Source of the DNA: Eledone cirrhosa
Taxonomy: Eukaryota
Direction: 5' to 3'
NCBI GenBank assembly: GCA_964016885.1
Contig: OZ024741.1
Span: forward strand, 246,636,001 to 246,700,000
Length of the DNA: 64,000 bases
Shown here: positions 12,901 to 27,500 of the stretch, piece after piece
How positions within the stretch are numbered: the first letter of the stretch is position 1
Layout: each line of letters begins with the position of its first letter
The notes under the pieces: model-generated
What the model saw: only the letters and a program-made list of their open reading frames with translations
Databases searched by the model: none
What the model was told of the DNA's origin: nothing
Translations under genes and position numbers: made by a program

Positions 12901-14689
12901 TAAAAATTATCTCCCCTTGGAAGGCTGGAAATTATCTCCCCTTGGCTGGAAATTATCTCCCCTTGGACGGCTAGAAATTATCTCTCTTTGGACGGCTGGA
13001 AATTATCACCCCTTGAGTTTTTTACAAATTATCTCCCCCTGATTTTTTTTACAAATCTCCCAGTGATTTTTAAAAAAAAATTATCTTCCCTTCGCTGGCT
13101 GGAAATTATCTCCCCTTGGACGCTGGAAATTATAGCCCCTTGATTTTTTTTACGAATTATCTCCCCCTGATTTTTTTTTACAAATTATCTCCCACTGATT
13201 TTTTTTTACAACTTATCTGCGCCTGATTTTTTTAAAAAAATTATCTCCCCTTGGACGGCTGGAAATTATCTCCCCTTGGACGGCTGGAAATTATCTCTCC
13301 TTGGACGGCTAGAATTTACCTCTCCTTGGACGGCTGAAAATTATCTCCCCTTGGACGGCTGGAAATTATCTCCCCTTGATTTTTTTTACAAATTATCTCC
13401 CCCTGATTTTTTTTTACAAATTATCTCCCCCTGATTTTTTTTTACAAATTATCTCCCCCTGATTTTTTTTACAAATTATCTCCCCCTGATTTTTTTACAA
13501 ATTATCTCCCCTTGGCTGGCTGGAAATTATCTCCCCTTGGAGGCTGGAACTTATCTCCCCTTGGACGGCTAGAAATTACCTCTCCTTGGACGGCTGGAAA
13601 ATATGTCTCCTTGGACGGCTGGATATTATCTCACCTTGGACGGCTAGAAATTATCTCCCCTTGGACGGCAGGAAATTATCTCCCCTTGGATGGCTAGATA
13701 TTACCTCCCCTTGGACGGCTGGAAATTATCTCCCCTTGATTTTTTTTACAAATTATCTGCCCCTGATTTTTTTTTACAAATTATCTCCCCCTGATTTTTT
13801 TTTACAAATTATCTCCCCCTGATTTTTTTTTTAAAATTATCTCCCCTTGGACGGCTGGAAATTATCTCCCCTTGGACGGCTAGAAATTACCTCTCCTTGG
13901 ACGGCTGAAAATTATCTCCCCTTGGACGGCTGGAAATTATCTCCCCTTGATTTTTTTACAAATTATTTCCCCCTGATTTTTTTTTACAAATTATCTCCCC
14001 CTGATTTTTTTTTACAAATTATCTACCCCTGATTTTTTTTTACAAATTATCTCCCCCTGATTTTTTTTTACAAATTATCTACCCCTGATTTTTTTTACAA
14101 ATTATCTCCCCCTGATTTTTTTTACAAATTATCTCCCCCTGATTTTTTTTTTTACAAATTATCTCCTCCTGATTTTTTTACAAATTATCTCCCCCTGATT
14201 TTTTTTACAAATTATCTCCGCCGGATTTTTTTAAATATTATCTTCCCTTGGCTGGCGGGAAATTATCTCCCCTTGGACGGCTGAAAATTATCTCCTCTTG
14301 GACGGCTGGAAATTATCTCCCCTTGATTTTTTTTACAAATTATCTCCCACTGACTTTTTTTTACAAATTATCTCCCCCTGATTTTTTTTACAAATTATCT
14401 CCCCCTGATTTTTTTACAAATTATCTCCCCTTGGCTGGCTGGAAATTACCTCCCCTTGTAGGCTGGAATTTATCTCCCCTTGGACGGCTAGAAATTACCT
14501 CTACTTGGACGGCTGGAAAATATGTCTCCTTGGACGGCTGGATATTATCTCCCCTTGGACGGCTGGAAATTATCTCCCCTTGGACGGCTGGAAATTATCT
14601 CCCCTTGATTTTTTTTACAAATTATCTCCCCCTGATTTTTTTTACAAATCTCCCAGTGATTTTTAAAAAAAAATTATCTTCCCTTCGCT

Positions 14690-17680
14690 GGCTGGAAATT
14701 ATCTCCCCTTGGACGCTGGAAATTATAGCCCCTTGGAGGGCTGGAAATTATCTTCCCTTGGACGGCTGGAAATTATCTCCCCTTGATTTTTTTTACAAAT
14801 TATCTCCCCCTGATTTTTTTTTACAAATTATCTCCCCCTGATTTTTTTTTACAACTTATCTGCGCCTGATTTTTTTAAAAAAATTATCTCCCCTTGGACG
14901 GCTGGAAATTATCTCCCCTTGGACGGCTGGAAATTATCTCTCCTTGGACGGCTAGAATTTACCTCTCCTTGGACGGCTGAAAATTATCTCCCCTTGGACG
15001 GCTGGAAATTATCTCCCCTTGATTTTTTTTACAAATTATCTCCCCCTGATTTTTTTTACAAATTATCTCCCCCTGATTTTTTTTTACAAATTATCTCCCC
15101 CTGATTTTTTTTTACAAATTATCTCCCCCTGATTTTTTTTACAAATTATCTCCCCCTGATTTTTTTACAAATTATCTCCCCTTGGCTGGCTGGAAATTAT
15201 CTCCCCTTGGAGGCTGGAACTTATCTCCCCTTGGACGGCTAGAAATTACCTCTCCTTGGACGGCTGAAAATTATCTCCCCTTGGACGGCTGGAAATTATC
15301 TCCCCTTGATTTTTTTACAAATTATCTCCCCCTGATTTTTTTTTACAAATTATCTCCCCCTGATTTTTTTTTACAAATTATCTACCCCTGATTTTTTTTT
15401 ACAAATTATCTCCTGATTTTTTTTTACAAATTATCTACCCCTGATTTTTTTTACAAATTATCTCCCCCCGATTTTTTTTACAAATTATCTCCCCCTGATT
15501 TTTTTTTTTACAAATTATCTCCCCCTGATTTTTTTACAAATTATCTCCCCCTGATTTTTTTTACAAATTATCTCCGCCGGATTTTTTTAAATATTATCTT
15601 CCCTTGGCTGGCGGGAAATTATCTCCCCTTGGACGGCTGAAAATTATCTCCCCTTGGACGGCTGGAAATTATCTCCCCTTGATTTTTTTTACAAATTATC
15701 TCCCCCTGATTTTTTTTTACAAATTATCTCCCCCTGATTTTTTTACAAATTATCTCCCCTTGGCTGGCTGGAAATTACCTCCCCTTGTAGGCTGGAATTT
15801 ATCTCCCCTTGGACGGCTGGAAATTATCTGCCCTTGATTTTCTTTTTACAAATTATCTTCCACTGATTTTTTTTACAAATTATCTCCACCTGATTTTTTA
15901 AAAAATTATCTCCCCTTGGAAGGCTGGAAATTATCTCCCCTTGGACGGCTGGAAATTATCTCCCCTTGGACGGCTAGAAATTATCTCTCCTTGGACGGCT
16001 GAAAATTATCTCCCCTTGGACGGCTGCAAATTATCTCCCCTTGATTTTTTTTACAAATTATCTCCCCCTGACTTTTTTTTACAAATTATCTCCCCCTGAT
16101 TTTTTTTACAAATTATCTCCCCCTGATTTTTTTACAAATTATCTCCCCTTGGCTGGCTGGAAATTACCTCCCCTTGTAGGCTGGAATTTATCTCCCCTTG
16201 GACGGCTAGAAATTACCTCTACTTGGACGGCTGGAAAATATGTCTCCTTGGACGGCTGGATATTATCTCCCCTTGGACGGCTGGAAATTATCTCCCCTTG
16301 GACGGCTGGAAATTATCTCCCCTTGGACGCTGGAAATTATAGCCCCTTGGAGGGCTGGAAATTATCTTCCCTTGGACGGCTGGAAATTATCTCCCCTTGA
16401 TTTTTTTTACAATTATCTCCCCCTGATTTTTTTTTACAAATTATCTCCCCCTGATTTTTTTTTACAACTTATCTGCGCCTGATTTTTTTAAAAAAATTAT
16501 CTCCCCTTGGACGGCAGGAAATTATCTCCCCTTGGACGGCTGGAAATTATCTCTCCTTGGACGGCTAGAATTTACCTCTCCTTGGACGGCTGAAAATTAT
16601 CTCCCCTTGGACGGCTGGAAATTATCTCCCCTTGATTTTTTTTACAAATTATCTCCCCCTGATTTTTTTTTACAAATTATCTCCCCCTGATTTTTTTTTA
16701 CAAATTATCTCCCCCTGATTTTTTTTTACAAATTATCTCCCCCTGATTTTTTTTACAAATTATCTCCCCCTGATTTTTTTACAAATTATCTCCCCTTGGC
16801 TGGCTGGAAATTATCTCCCCTTGGAGGCTGGAACTTATCTCCCCTTGGACGGCTAGAAATTACCTCTCCTTGGACGGCTGAAAATTATCTCCCCTTGGAC
16901 GGCTGGAAATTATCTCCCCTTGATTTTTTTACAAATTATCTCCCCCTGATTTTTTTTTACAAATTATCTCCCCCTGATTTTTTTTTACAAATTATCTACC
17001 CCTGATTTTTTTTTACAAATTATCTCCCCCTGATTTTTTTTTACAAATTATCTACCCCTGATTTTTTTTACAAATTATCTCCCCCCGATTTTTTTTACAA
17101 ATTATCTCCCCCTGATTTTTTTTTTTACAAATTATCTCCCCCTGATTTTTTTACAAATTATCTCCCCCTGATTTTTTTTACAAATTATCTCCGCCGGATT
17201 TTTTTAAATATTATCTTCCCTTGGCTGGCGGGAAATTATCTCCCCTTGGACGGCTGAAAATTATCTCCCCTTGGACGGCTGGAAATTATCTCCCCTTGAT
17301 TTTTTTTACAAATTATCTCCCCCTGATTTTTTTTTACAAATTATCTCCCCCTGATTTTTTTACAAATTATCTCCCCTTGGCTGGCTGGAAATTACCTCCC
17401 CTTGTAGGCTGGAATTTATCTCCCCTTGGACGGCTGGAAATTATCTGCCCTTGATTTTCTTTTTACAAATTATCTTCCACTGATTTTTTTTACAAATTAT
17501 CTCCACCTGATTTTTTAAAAAATTATCTCCCCTTGGAAGGCTGGAAATTATCTCCCCTTGGACGGCTGGAAATTATCTCCCCTTGGACGGCTAGAAATTA
17601 TCTCTCCTTGGACGGCTGAAAATTATCTCCCCTTGGACGGCTGCAAATTATCTCCCCTTGATTTTTTTTACAAATTATCT
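14690..17680 (+). repeat. HOR of ~1.61 kb, about two copies
   Basis: Identical ORF translations at 15182/16796 (1614) and 15604/17221 (1617). Shared CCCCCCGATTT variant (~15465/~17082) and TTGTAGGCTGG. Confidence 0.85.
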
Positions 17681-18279
17681 CCCCCTGATTTTTTTTACAA
17701 ATTATCTCCCCCTGATTTTTTTTACAAATTATCTCCGCCGGATTTTTTTAAATATTATCTTCCCTTGGCTGGCGGGAAATTATCTCCCCTTGGACGGCTG
17801 AAAATTATCTCCCCTTGGACGGCTGGAAATTATCTCCCCTTGATTTTTTTTACAAATTATCTCCCCCTGATTTTTTTTTACAAATTATCTCCCCCTGATT
17901 TTTTTACAAATTATCTCCCCTTGGCTGGCTGGAAATTACCTCCCCTTGTAGGCTGGAATTTATCTCCCCTTGGACGGCTAGAAATTACCTCTCCTTGGAC
18001 GGCTGGAAAATATGTCTCCTTGGACGGCTGGATATTATCTCCCCTTGGATGGCTGGAAATTATCTCCCCTTGGACGGCTGGAAATTATCTCCCCTTAATT
18101 TTTTTTACAAATTATCTCCCCCTGATTTTTTTTACAAATCTCCCAATGATTTTTTAAAAAAAATTATCTCCCCTTCGCTGGCTGGAAATTATCTCCCCTT
18201 GGAAGCTGGAAATTATAGCCCCTTGGAGGGCTGGAAATTATCTTCCCTTGGACGGCTGGAAATTATCTCCCCTTGATTT

Positions 18280-21200
18280 TTTTTACAAATTATCTCCCCC
18301 TGATTTTTTTTTACAAATTATCTCCCCCTGATTTTTTTTTACAAATTATCTCCCCCTGATTTTTTATTTACAAATTATCTCCGCCTGATTTTTTTTTAAA
18401 AATTACCTCCCCTTGGACGGCTGGAAATTATCTCCCCTTGGACGGCTGGAAATTATCTCCCCTTGGACGGCTAGAAATTATCTCTCCTTGGAGGGCTGAA
18501 AATTATCTCCCCTTGGACGGCTGCAAATTATCTCCCCTTGATTTTTTTTACAAATTATCTCCCCCTGATTTTTTTTACAAATTATCTCCCCCTGATTTTT
18601 TTTACAAATTATCTACCCCTGATTTTTTTTACAAATTATCTCCCCCTGATTTTTTTTTACAAATTATCTCCCCCTGATTTTTTTTTACAAATTATCTCCC
18701 CCTGATTTTTTTTTACAAATTATCTCCCCCTGATTTTTTTACAAAGTATCTCCCTCTGATTTTTTTTACAATCTCCGCCTGATTTTTTTTAAAATTATCT
18801 TCCCTTGGCTGGCGGGAAATTATCTCCACTTGGACGGCTGGAAATTATCTCCCCTTGGAAGGATGGAAATTATCTCCCCTTGGACGGCTGGAAATTATCT
18901 CCCCTTGCACGGCTGGAAATTATCTCCCCTTGGACGGCTAGAAATTATCTCTCTTTGGACGGCTGGAAATTATCTCCCTTTGATTTTTTTTACAAATTAT
19001 CTCCCTCTGATTTTTTTTACAAATCTCCCCCTGATTTTTTTAAAAAAATTATCTCCCCTTCGCTGGCTGGAAATTATCTCCCCTTGATTTTTTTTACAAA
19101 TTATCTCCCCCTGATTTTTTTTTACAAATTATCTCCCCCTGATTTTTTTTACAAATTATCTCCGCCTGATTTTTTTAAATATTATCTTTCCTTGGCTGGC
19201 GGGAAATTATCTCCCCTTGGACGGCTGGAAATTATCTGCCCTTGATTTTCTTTTTACAAATTAACTTCCACTGATTTTTTTTACAAATTATCTCCACCTG
19301 ATTTTTTTAAAAATTATCTCCCCTTGGAAGGCTGGAAATTATCTCCCCTTGGCTGGAAATTATCTCCCCTTGGACGGCTAGAAATTATCTCTCTTTGGAC
19401 GGCTGGAAATTATCACCCCTTGAGTTTTTTACAAATTATCTCCCCCTGATTTTTTTTACAAATCTCCCAGTGATTTTAAAAAAAAAATTATCTTCCCTTC
19501 GCTGGCTGGAAATTATCTCCCCTTGGACGCTGGAAATTATAGCCCCTTGGAGGGCTGGAAATTATCTTCCCTTGGACGGCTGGAAATTATCTCCCCTTGA
19601 TTTTTTTTACAAATTATCTCCCCCTGATTTTTTTTTACAAATTATCTCCCCCTGATTTTTTTTTACAACTTATCTGCGCCTGATTTTTTTAAAAAAATTA
19701 TCTCCCCTTGGACGGCTGGAAATTATCTCCCCTTGGACGGCTGGAAATTATCTCTCCTTGGACGGCTAGAATTTACCTCTCCTTGGACGGCTGAAAATTA
19801 TCTCCCCTTGGACGGCTGGAAATTATCTCCCCTTGATTTTTTTTACAAATTATCTCCCCCTGATTTTTTTTTACAAATTATCTCCCCCTTATTTTTTTTT
19901 ACAAATTATCTCCCCCTGATTTTTTATTTACAAATTATCTCCGCCTGATTTTTTTTTAAAAATTACCTCCCCTTGGACGGCTGGAAATTATCTCCCCTTG
20001 GACGGCTGGAAATTATCTCCCCTTGGACGGCTAGAAATTATCTCTCCTTGGACGGCTGAAAATTATCTCCCCTTGGACGGCTGCAAATTATCTCCCCTTG
20101 ATTTTTTTTACAAATTATCTCCCCCTGATTTTTTTTACAAATTATCTCCCCCTGATTTTTTTTACAAATTATCTACCCCTGATTTTTTTTACAAATTATC
20201 TCCCCCTGATTTTTTTTTACAAATTATCTCCCCCTGATTTTTTTTTACAAATTATCTCCCCCTGATTTTTTTTTTACAAATTATCTCCCCCTGATTTTTT
20301 TACAAAGTATCTCCCTCTGATTTTTTTTACAATCTCCGCCTGATTTTTTTTAAAATTATCTTCCCTTGGCTGGCGGGAAATTATCTCCACTTGGACGGCT
20401 GGAAATTATCTCCCCTTGGAAGGATGGAAATTATCTCCCCTTGGACGGCTGGAAATTATCTCCCCTTGCACGGCTGGAAATTATCTCCCCTTGGACGGCT
20501 AGAAATTATCTCTCTTTGGACGGCTGGAAATTATCTCCCTTTGATTTTTTTTACAAATTATCTCCCTCTGATTTTTTTTACAAATCTCCCCCTGATTTTT
20601 TTTAAAAAATTATCTCCCCTTCGCTGGCTGGAAATTATCTCCCCTTGATTTTTTTTACAAATTATCTCCCCCTGATTTTTTTTTACAAATTATCTCCCCC
20701 TGATTTTTTTTACAAATTATCTCCCCCTGATTTTTTTTTACAAATTATCTCCCCCTGATTTTTTTTACAAATTATCTCCGCCTGATTTTTTAAAATATTA
20801 TCTTCCCTTGGCTGGCGGGAAATTATCTCCCCTTGGACGGCTGGAAATTATCTGCCCTTGATTTTCTTTTTACAAATTAACTTCCACTGATTTTTTTTAC
20901 AAATTATCTCCACCTGATTTTTTTAAAAATTATCTCCCCTTGGAAGGCTGGAAATTATCTCCCCTTGGCTGGAAATTATCTCCCCTTGGACGGCTAGAAA
21001 TTATCTCTCTTTGGACGGCTGGAAATTATCACCCCTTGAGTTTTTTACAAATTATCTCCCCCTGATTTTTTTTACAAATCTCCCAGTGATTTTAAAAAAA
21101 AAATTATCTTCCCTTCGCTGGCTGGAAATTATCTCCCCTTGGACGCTGGAAATTATAGCCCCTTGGAGGGCTGGAAATTATCTTCCCTTGGACGGCTGGA

Positions 21201-21500
21201 AATTATCTCCCCTTGATTTTTTTTACAAATTATCTCCCCCTGATTTTTTTTTACAAATTATCTCCCCCTGATTTTTTTTTACAACTTATCTGCGCCTGAT
21301 TTTTTTAAAAAAATTATCTCCCCTTGGACGGCTGGAAATTATCTCCCCTTGGACGGCTGGAAATTATCTCTCCTTGGACGGCTAGAATTTACCTCTCCTT
21401 GGACGGCTGAAAATTATCTCCCCTTGGACGGCTGGAAATTATCTCCCCTTGATTTTTTTTACAAATTATCTCCCCCTGATTTTTTTTTACAAATTATCTC
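18280..21500 (+). repeat. HOR of ~1.56-1.62 kb, two copies
   Basis: ORF pairs 18438/19998 (1560), 18805/20366 (1561) and 19395/21011 (1616). Shared GATTTTTTATTTAC and CAGTGATTTTAAAAAAAAA. The 55-bp change in offset equals two extra B monomers. Confidence 0.85.
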
Positions 21501-24500
21501 CCCCTGATTTTTTTTTACAAATTATCTCCCCCTGATTTTTTTTACAAATTATCTCCCCCTGATTTTTTTTTACAAATTATCTCCCCCTGATTTTTTTTTA
21601 CAAATTATCTCCCCCTGATTTTTTTTTACAAATTATCTCCCCCTGATTTTTTTTTACAAATTATCTCCCCCTGATTTTTTTTACAAATTATCTCCCCCTG
21701 ATTTTTTTTTACAAATTATCTCCGCCTGATTTTTTTTTAAAAATTACCTCCCCTTGGACGGCTGGAAATTATCTCCCCTTGGACGGCTGGAAATTATCTC
21801 CCCTTGGACGGCTAGAAATTATCTCTCCTTGGACGGCTGAAAATTATCTCCCCTTGGACGGCTGCAAATTATCTCCCCTTGATTTTTTTTACAAATTATC
21901 TCCCCCTGATTTTTTTTACAAATTATCTACCCCTGATTTTTTTTACAAATTATCTCCCCCTGATTTTTTTTTACAAATTATCTCCCCCTGATTTTTTTTT
22001 ACAAATTATCTCCCCCTGATTTTTCTTTTACAAATTATCTCCCCCTGATTTTTTTACAAAGTATCTCCCCCTGATTTTTTTTACAATCTCCGCCTGATTT
22101 TTTTAAAAATTATCTTCCCTTGGCTGGCGGGAAATTATCTCCCCTTGGACGGCTGGAAATTATCTCCCCTTGGAAGGATGGAAATTATCTCCCCTTGGAC
22201 GGCTGGAAATTATCTCCCCTTGCACGGCTGGAAATTATCTCCCCTTGGACGGATAGATATTACCTCCCCTTGGACGGCTGGAAATTATCTCCCCTTGATT
22301 TTTTTACAAATTATCTCCCCCTGATTTATTTTACAAATCTCCCAATGATTTTTTAAAAAAAATTATCTCCCCTTCGCTGGCTGGAAATTATCTCCCCTTG
22401 GACGCTGGAAATTATAGCCCCTTGGAGGGCTGGAAATTATCTTCCCTTGGACGGCTGGAAATTATCTCCCCTTGATTTTTTTTACAAATTATCTCCCCCT
22501 GATTTTTTTTACAAATTATCTCCCCCTGATTTTTTTTACAAATTATCTACCCCTGATTTTTTTTACAAATTATCTCCCCCTGATTTTTTTTTACAAATTA
22601 TCTCCCCCTGATTTTTTTTTACAAATTATCTCCCCCTGATTTTTTTACAAATTATCTCCCCCTGATTTTTTTTACAATCTCCGCCTGATTTTTTTAAAAA
22701 TTATCTTCCCTTGGCTGGCTGGAAATTATCTCCCCTTGGACACTGGAAATTATAGCCCCTTGGAGGGCTGGAAATTATCTTCCCTTGGACGGCTGGAAAT
22801 TATCTCCCCTTGATTTTTTTTACAAATTATCTCCGCCTGATTTTTTTTTACAAATTATCTCCCCCTGATTTTTTTTTACAAATTATCTACCCCTGATTTT
22901 TTTTTACAAATTATCTCCCCCTGATTTTTTTTACAAATTATCTCCCCCTGATTTTTCTTTTACAAATTATCTCCCCCTGATTTTTTTACAAATTATCTCC
23001 CCCTGATTTTTTTTACAAATTATCTCCGCCTGATTTTTTTAAATATTATCTTCCCTTGGCTGGCGGGAAATTATCTCCCCTTGGACGGCTGGAAATTATC
23101 TGCCCTTGATTTTCTTTTTACAAATTATCTTCCACTGATTTTTTTTACAAATTATCTCCACCTGATTTTTTAAAAAATTATCTCCCCTTGGAAGGCTGGA
23201 AATTATCTCCCCTTGGACGGCTGGAAATTATCTCCCCTTGGACGGCTAGAAATTATCTCTCCTTGGACGGCTGAAAATTATCTCCCCTTGGACGGCTGCA
23301 AATTATCTCCCCTTGATTTTTTTTACAAATTATCTCCCCCTGATTTTTTTTACAAATTATCTCCCCCTGATTTTTTTTACAAATTATCTACCCCTGATTT
23401 TTTTTACAAATTATCTCCCCCTGATTTTTTTTTACAAATTATCTCCCCCTGATTTTTTTTTACAAATTATCTCCCCCTGATTTTTTTTTTACAAATTATC
23501 TCCCCCTGATTTTTTTACAAATTATCTCCCCCTGATTTTTTTTACAATCTCCGCCTGATTTTTTTAAAAATTATCTTCCCTTGGCTGGCGGGAAATTATC
23601 TCCCCTTGGACGGCTGGAAATTATCTCCCCTTGGAAGGATGGAAATTATCTCCCCTTGGACGGCTGGAAATTATCTCCCCTTGCACGGCTGGAAATTATC
23701 TCCCCTTGGCTGGAAATTATCTCCCCTTGGACGGCTAGAAATTATCTCTCTTTGGACGGCTGGAAATTATCTCCCTTTGATTTTTTTTACAAATTATCTC
23801 CCTCTGATTTTTTTTACAAATCTCCCCCTGATTTTTTAAAAAAAATTATCTCCCCTTCGCTGGCTGGAAATTATCTTCCCTTCGACGGCTGGAAATTATC
23901 TCCCCTTGATTTTTTTTACAAATTATCTCCGCCTGATTTTTTTTTTAAATTATCTCTCCTTGGACGGCTGGAAATTATCTCCCCTTGATTTTTTTTACAA
24001 ATAATCTCCCCCTGATTTTTTTTTATAAATTATTTCCCCCTGATTTTTTTTTACAAATTATCTACCCCTGATTTTTTTTTACAAATTATCTCCCCCTGAT
24101 TTTTTTTACAAATTATCTCCCCCTGATTTTTCTTTTACAAATTATCTCCCCCTGATTTTTTTACAAATTATCTCCCCCTGATTTTTTTTACAAATTGTCT
24201 CCGCCTGATGTTTTTAAATATTATCTTCCCTTGGCTGGCGGGAAATTACCTCCCCTTGGACGGCTGGAAATTATCTGCTCTTGATTTTCTTTTTACAAAT
24301 TATCTTCCACTGATTTTTTTTACAAATTATCTCCACCTGATTTTTTAAAAAATTATCTCCCCTTGGAAGGCTGGAAATTATCTCCCCTTGGCTGGAAATT
24401 ATCTCCCCTTGGACGGCTAGAAATTATCTCTCTTTGGACGGCTGGAAATTATCACCCCTTGAGTTTTTTACAAATTATCTCCCCCTGATTTTTTTTACAA

Positions 24501-27500
24501 ATCTCCCAGTGATTTTTTAAAAAAAATTATCTCCCCTTCGCTGGCTGGAAATTATCTCCCCTTGGACGCTGGAAATTATAGCCCCTTGGAGGGCTGGAAA
24601 TTATCTTCCCTTGGACGGCTGGAAATTATCTCCCCTTGATTTTTTTTACAAATTATCTCCCCCTGATTTTTTTTTACAAATTATCTCCCCCTGATGTTTT
24701 TTTACAACTTATCTGCGCCTGATTTTTTTAAAAAAATTATCTCCCCTTGGACGGCTGGAAATTATCTCCCCTTGGACGGCTGGAAATTATCTCTCCTTGG
24801 ACGGCTAGAATTTACCTCTCCTTGGACGGCTGAAAATTATCTCCCCTTGGACGGCTGGAAATTATCTCCCCTTGATTTTTTTTACAAATTATCTCCCCCT
24901 TTTTTTTTTTACAAATTATCTCCCCCTGATTTTTTTTTACAAATTATCTCCCCCTGATTTTTTTTTACAAATTATCTCCCCCTGATTTTTTTTACAAATT
25001 ATCCCCCCCCTGATTTTTTTACAAATTATCTCCCCTTGGCTGGTTGGAAATTATCTCCCCTTGGAGGCTGGAACTTATCTCCCCTTGGACGGCTAGAAAT
25101 TACCTCTCCTTGGACGGCTGGAAAATATGTCTCCTTGGACGGCTGGATATTATCTCCCCTTGGACGGCTGGAAATTATCTCCCCTTGGTCGGCTGGAAAT
25201 TATCTCCCCTTGGATGGCTAGATATTACCTCCCCTTGGACGGCTGGAAATTATCTCCCCTTGATTTTTTTAACAAATTATCTCCCCCTGATTTTTTTTTA
25301 CAAATTATCTCCCCCTGATTTTTTTAAAAAAATTATCTCCCCCTGATTTTTGTTTACAAATTATCTCCGCCTGATTTTTTTTAACAAATTATCTCCCCTT
25401 GGACGGCTGGAAATTATCTCCCCTTGGACGGCTGGAAATTATATCTCCTTGGACGGCTAGAATTTACCTCTCCTTGGACGGCTGAAAATTATCTCCCCTT
25501 GGACGGCTGGAAATTATCTCCCCTTGATTTTTTTTACAAATTATCTCCCCCTGATTTTTTTTTACAAATTATCTCCCCCTGATTTTTTTTTACAAATTAT
25601 CTCCCCCTGATTTTTTTTTACAAATTATCTCCCCCTGATTTTTTTACAAATTATCTCCCCTTGGCTGGCTGGAAATTATCTCCCCTTGGAGGCTGGAACT
25701 TATCTCCCCTTGGACGGCTAGAAATTACCTCTCCTTGGACGGCTGGAAAATATGTCTCCTTGGACGGCTGGATATTATCTCCCCTTGGACTGCTGGAAAT
25801 TATCTCCCCTTGGACGGCTGGAAATTATCTCCCCTTGGATGGCTAGATATTACCTCCCCTTGGACGGCTGGAAATTATCTCCCCTTGATTTTTTTTACAA
25901 ATTATCTCCCCCTGATTTTTTTTTACAAACTATCTCCCCCTGATTTTTTTTTACAAATTATCTGCCCCTGATTTTTGTTTACAAATTATCTCCGCCTGAT
26001 TTTTTTTTTTAAATTATCTCCCCTTGGACGGCTGGAAATTATCTCCCCTTGGACGGCTAGAAATTACCTCTCCTTGGACGGCTGAAAATTATCTCCCCTT
26101 GGACGGCTGGAAATTATCTCCCCTTGATTTTTTTACAAATTATCTCCCCCTGATTTTTTTTTTACAAATTATCTCCCCCTGATTTTTTTTTACAAATTAT
26201 CTACCCCTGATTTTTTTTTACAAATTATCTCCCCCTGATTTTTTTTTACAAATTATCTACCCCTGATTTTTTTTACAAATTATCTCCCCCTGATTTTTTT
26301 TTACAAATTATCTCCCCCTGATTTTTTTACAAATTATCTCCCCCTGATTTTTTTTACAAATTATCTCCGCCGGATTTTTTTAAATATTATCTTCCCTTGG
26401 CTTGCGGGAAATTATCTCCCCTTGGACGGCTGAAAATTATCTCCCCTTGGACGGCTGGAAATTATCTCCCCTTGATTTTTTTTACAAATTATCTACCCCT
26501 GATTTTTTTTTACAAATTATCTCCCCCTGATTTTTTTTACAAATTATCTCCCCCTGATTTTTTTTTACAAATTATCTCCCCCTGATTTTTTTTACAAATT
26601 ATCTCCCCCTGATTTTTTTTACAAATTATCTCCCCCTGATTTTTTTTTACAAATTATCTCCCCCTGATTTTTTTACAAATTATCCCCCCCTGATTTTTTT
26701 TTACAAATTATCTCCGCCTGATTTTTTAAAATATTATCTTCCCTTGGCTGGCGGGAAATTATCTCCCCTTGGACGGCTGGAAATTATCTGCCCTTGATTT
26801 TCTTTTTACAAATTAACTTCCACTGATTTTTTTTACAAATTATCTCCACCTGATTTTTTAAAAAATTATCTCCCCTTGGAAGGCTGGAAATTATCTCCCC
26901 TTGGCTGGAAATTATCTCCCCTTGGACGGCTAGAAATTATCTCTCTTTGGACGGCTGGAAATTATCACCCCTTGAGTTTTTTACAAATTATCTCCCCCTG
27001 ATTTTTTTTACAAATCTCCCAGTGATTTTTAAAAAAAAATTATCTTCCCTTCGCTGGCTGGAAATTATCTCCCCTTGGACGCTGGAAATTATAGCCCCTT
27101 GGAGGGCTGGAAATTATCTTCCCTTGGACGGCTGGAAATTATCTCCCCTTGATTTTTTTTACAAATTATCTCCCCCTGATTTTTTTTTACAAATTATCTC
27201 CCCCTGATTTTTTTTTACAACTTATCTGCGCCTGATTTTTTTAAAAAAATTATCTCCCCTTGGACGGCTGGAAATTATCTCCCCTTGGACGGCTGGAAAT
27301 TATCTCTCCTTGGACGGCTAGAATTTACCTCTCCTTGGACGGCTGAAAATTATCTCCCCTTGGACGGCTGGAAATTATCTCCCCTTGATTTTTTTTACAA
27401 ATTATCTCCCCCTGATTTTTTTTTACAAATTATCTCCCCCTGATTTTTTTTTACAAATTATCTCCCCCTGATTTTTTTTTACAAATTATCTCCCCCTGAT

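Larger units (their letters stand above)
1..13450 (+). repeat. Long-range duplication: ~1-4700 recurs at ~8990-13450 (offset 8989/8990, then 8741 after a 249-bp deletion)
   Basis: Matching ORF translations at 505/9494, 2040/10781, 2619/11360, 3009/11750 and 3723/12464. Shared rare variants CCCCGTGAT (~362/~9352), CCCTCGGACGG and CCTTACACGG (~3345-3380/~12085-12120), and TTTTAGAAATT. Endpoints are approximate. Confidence 0.9.
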
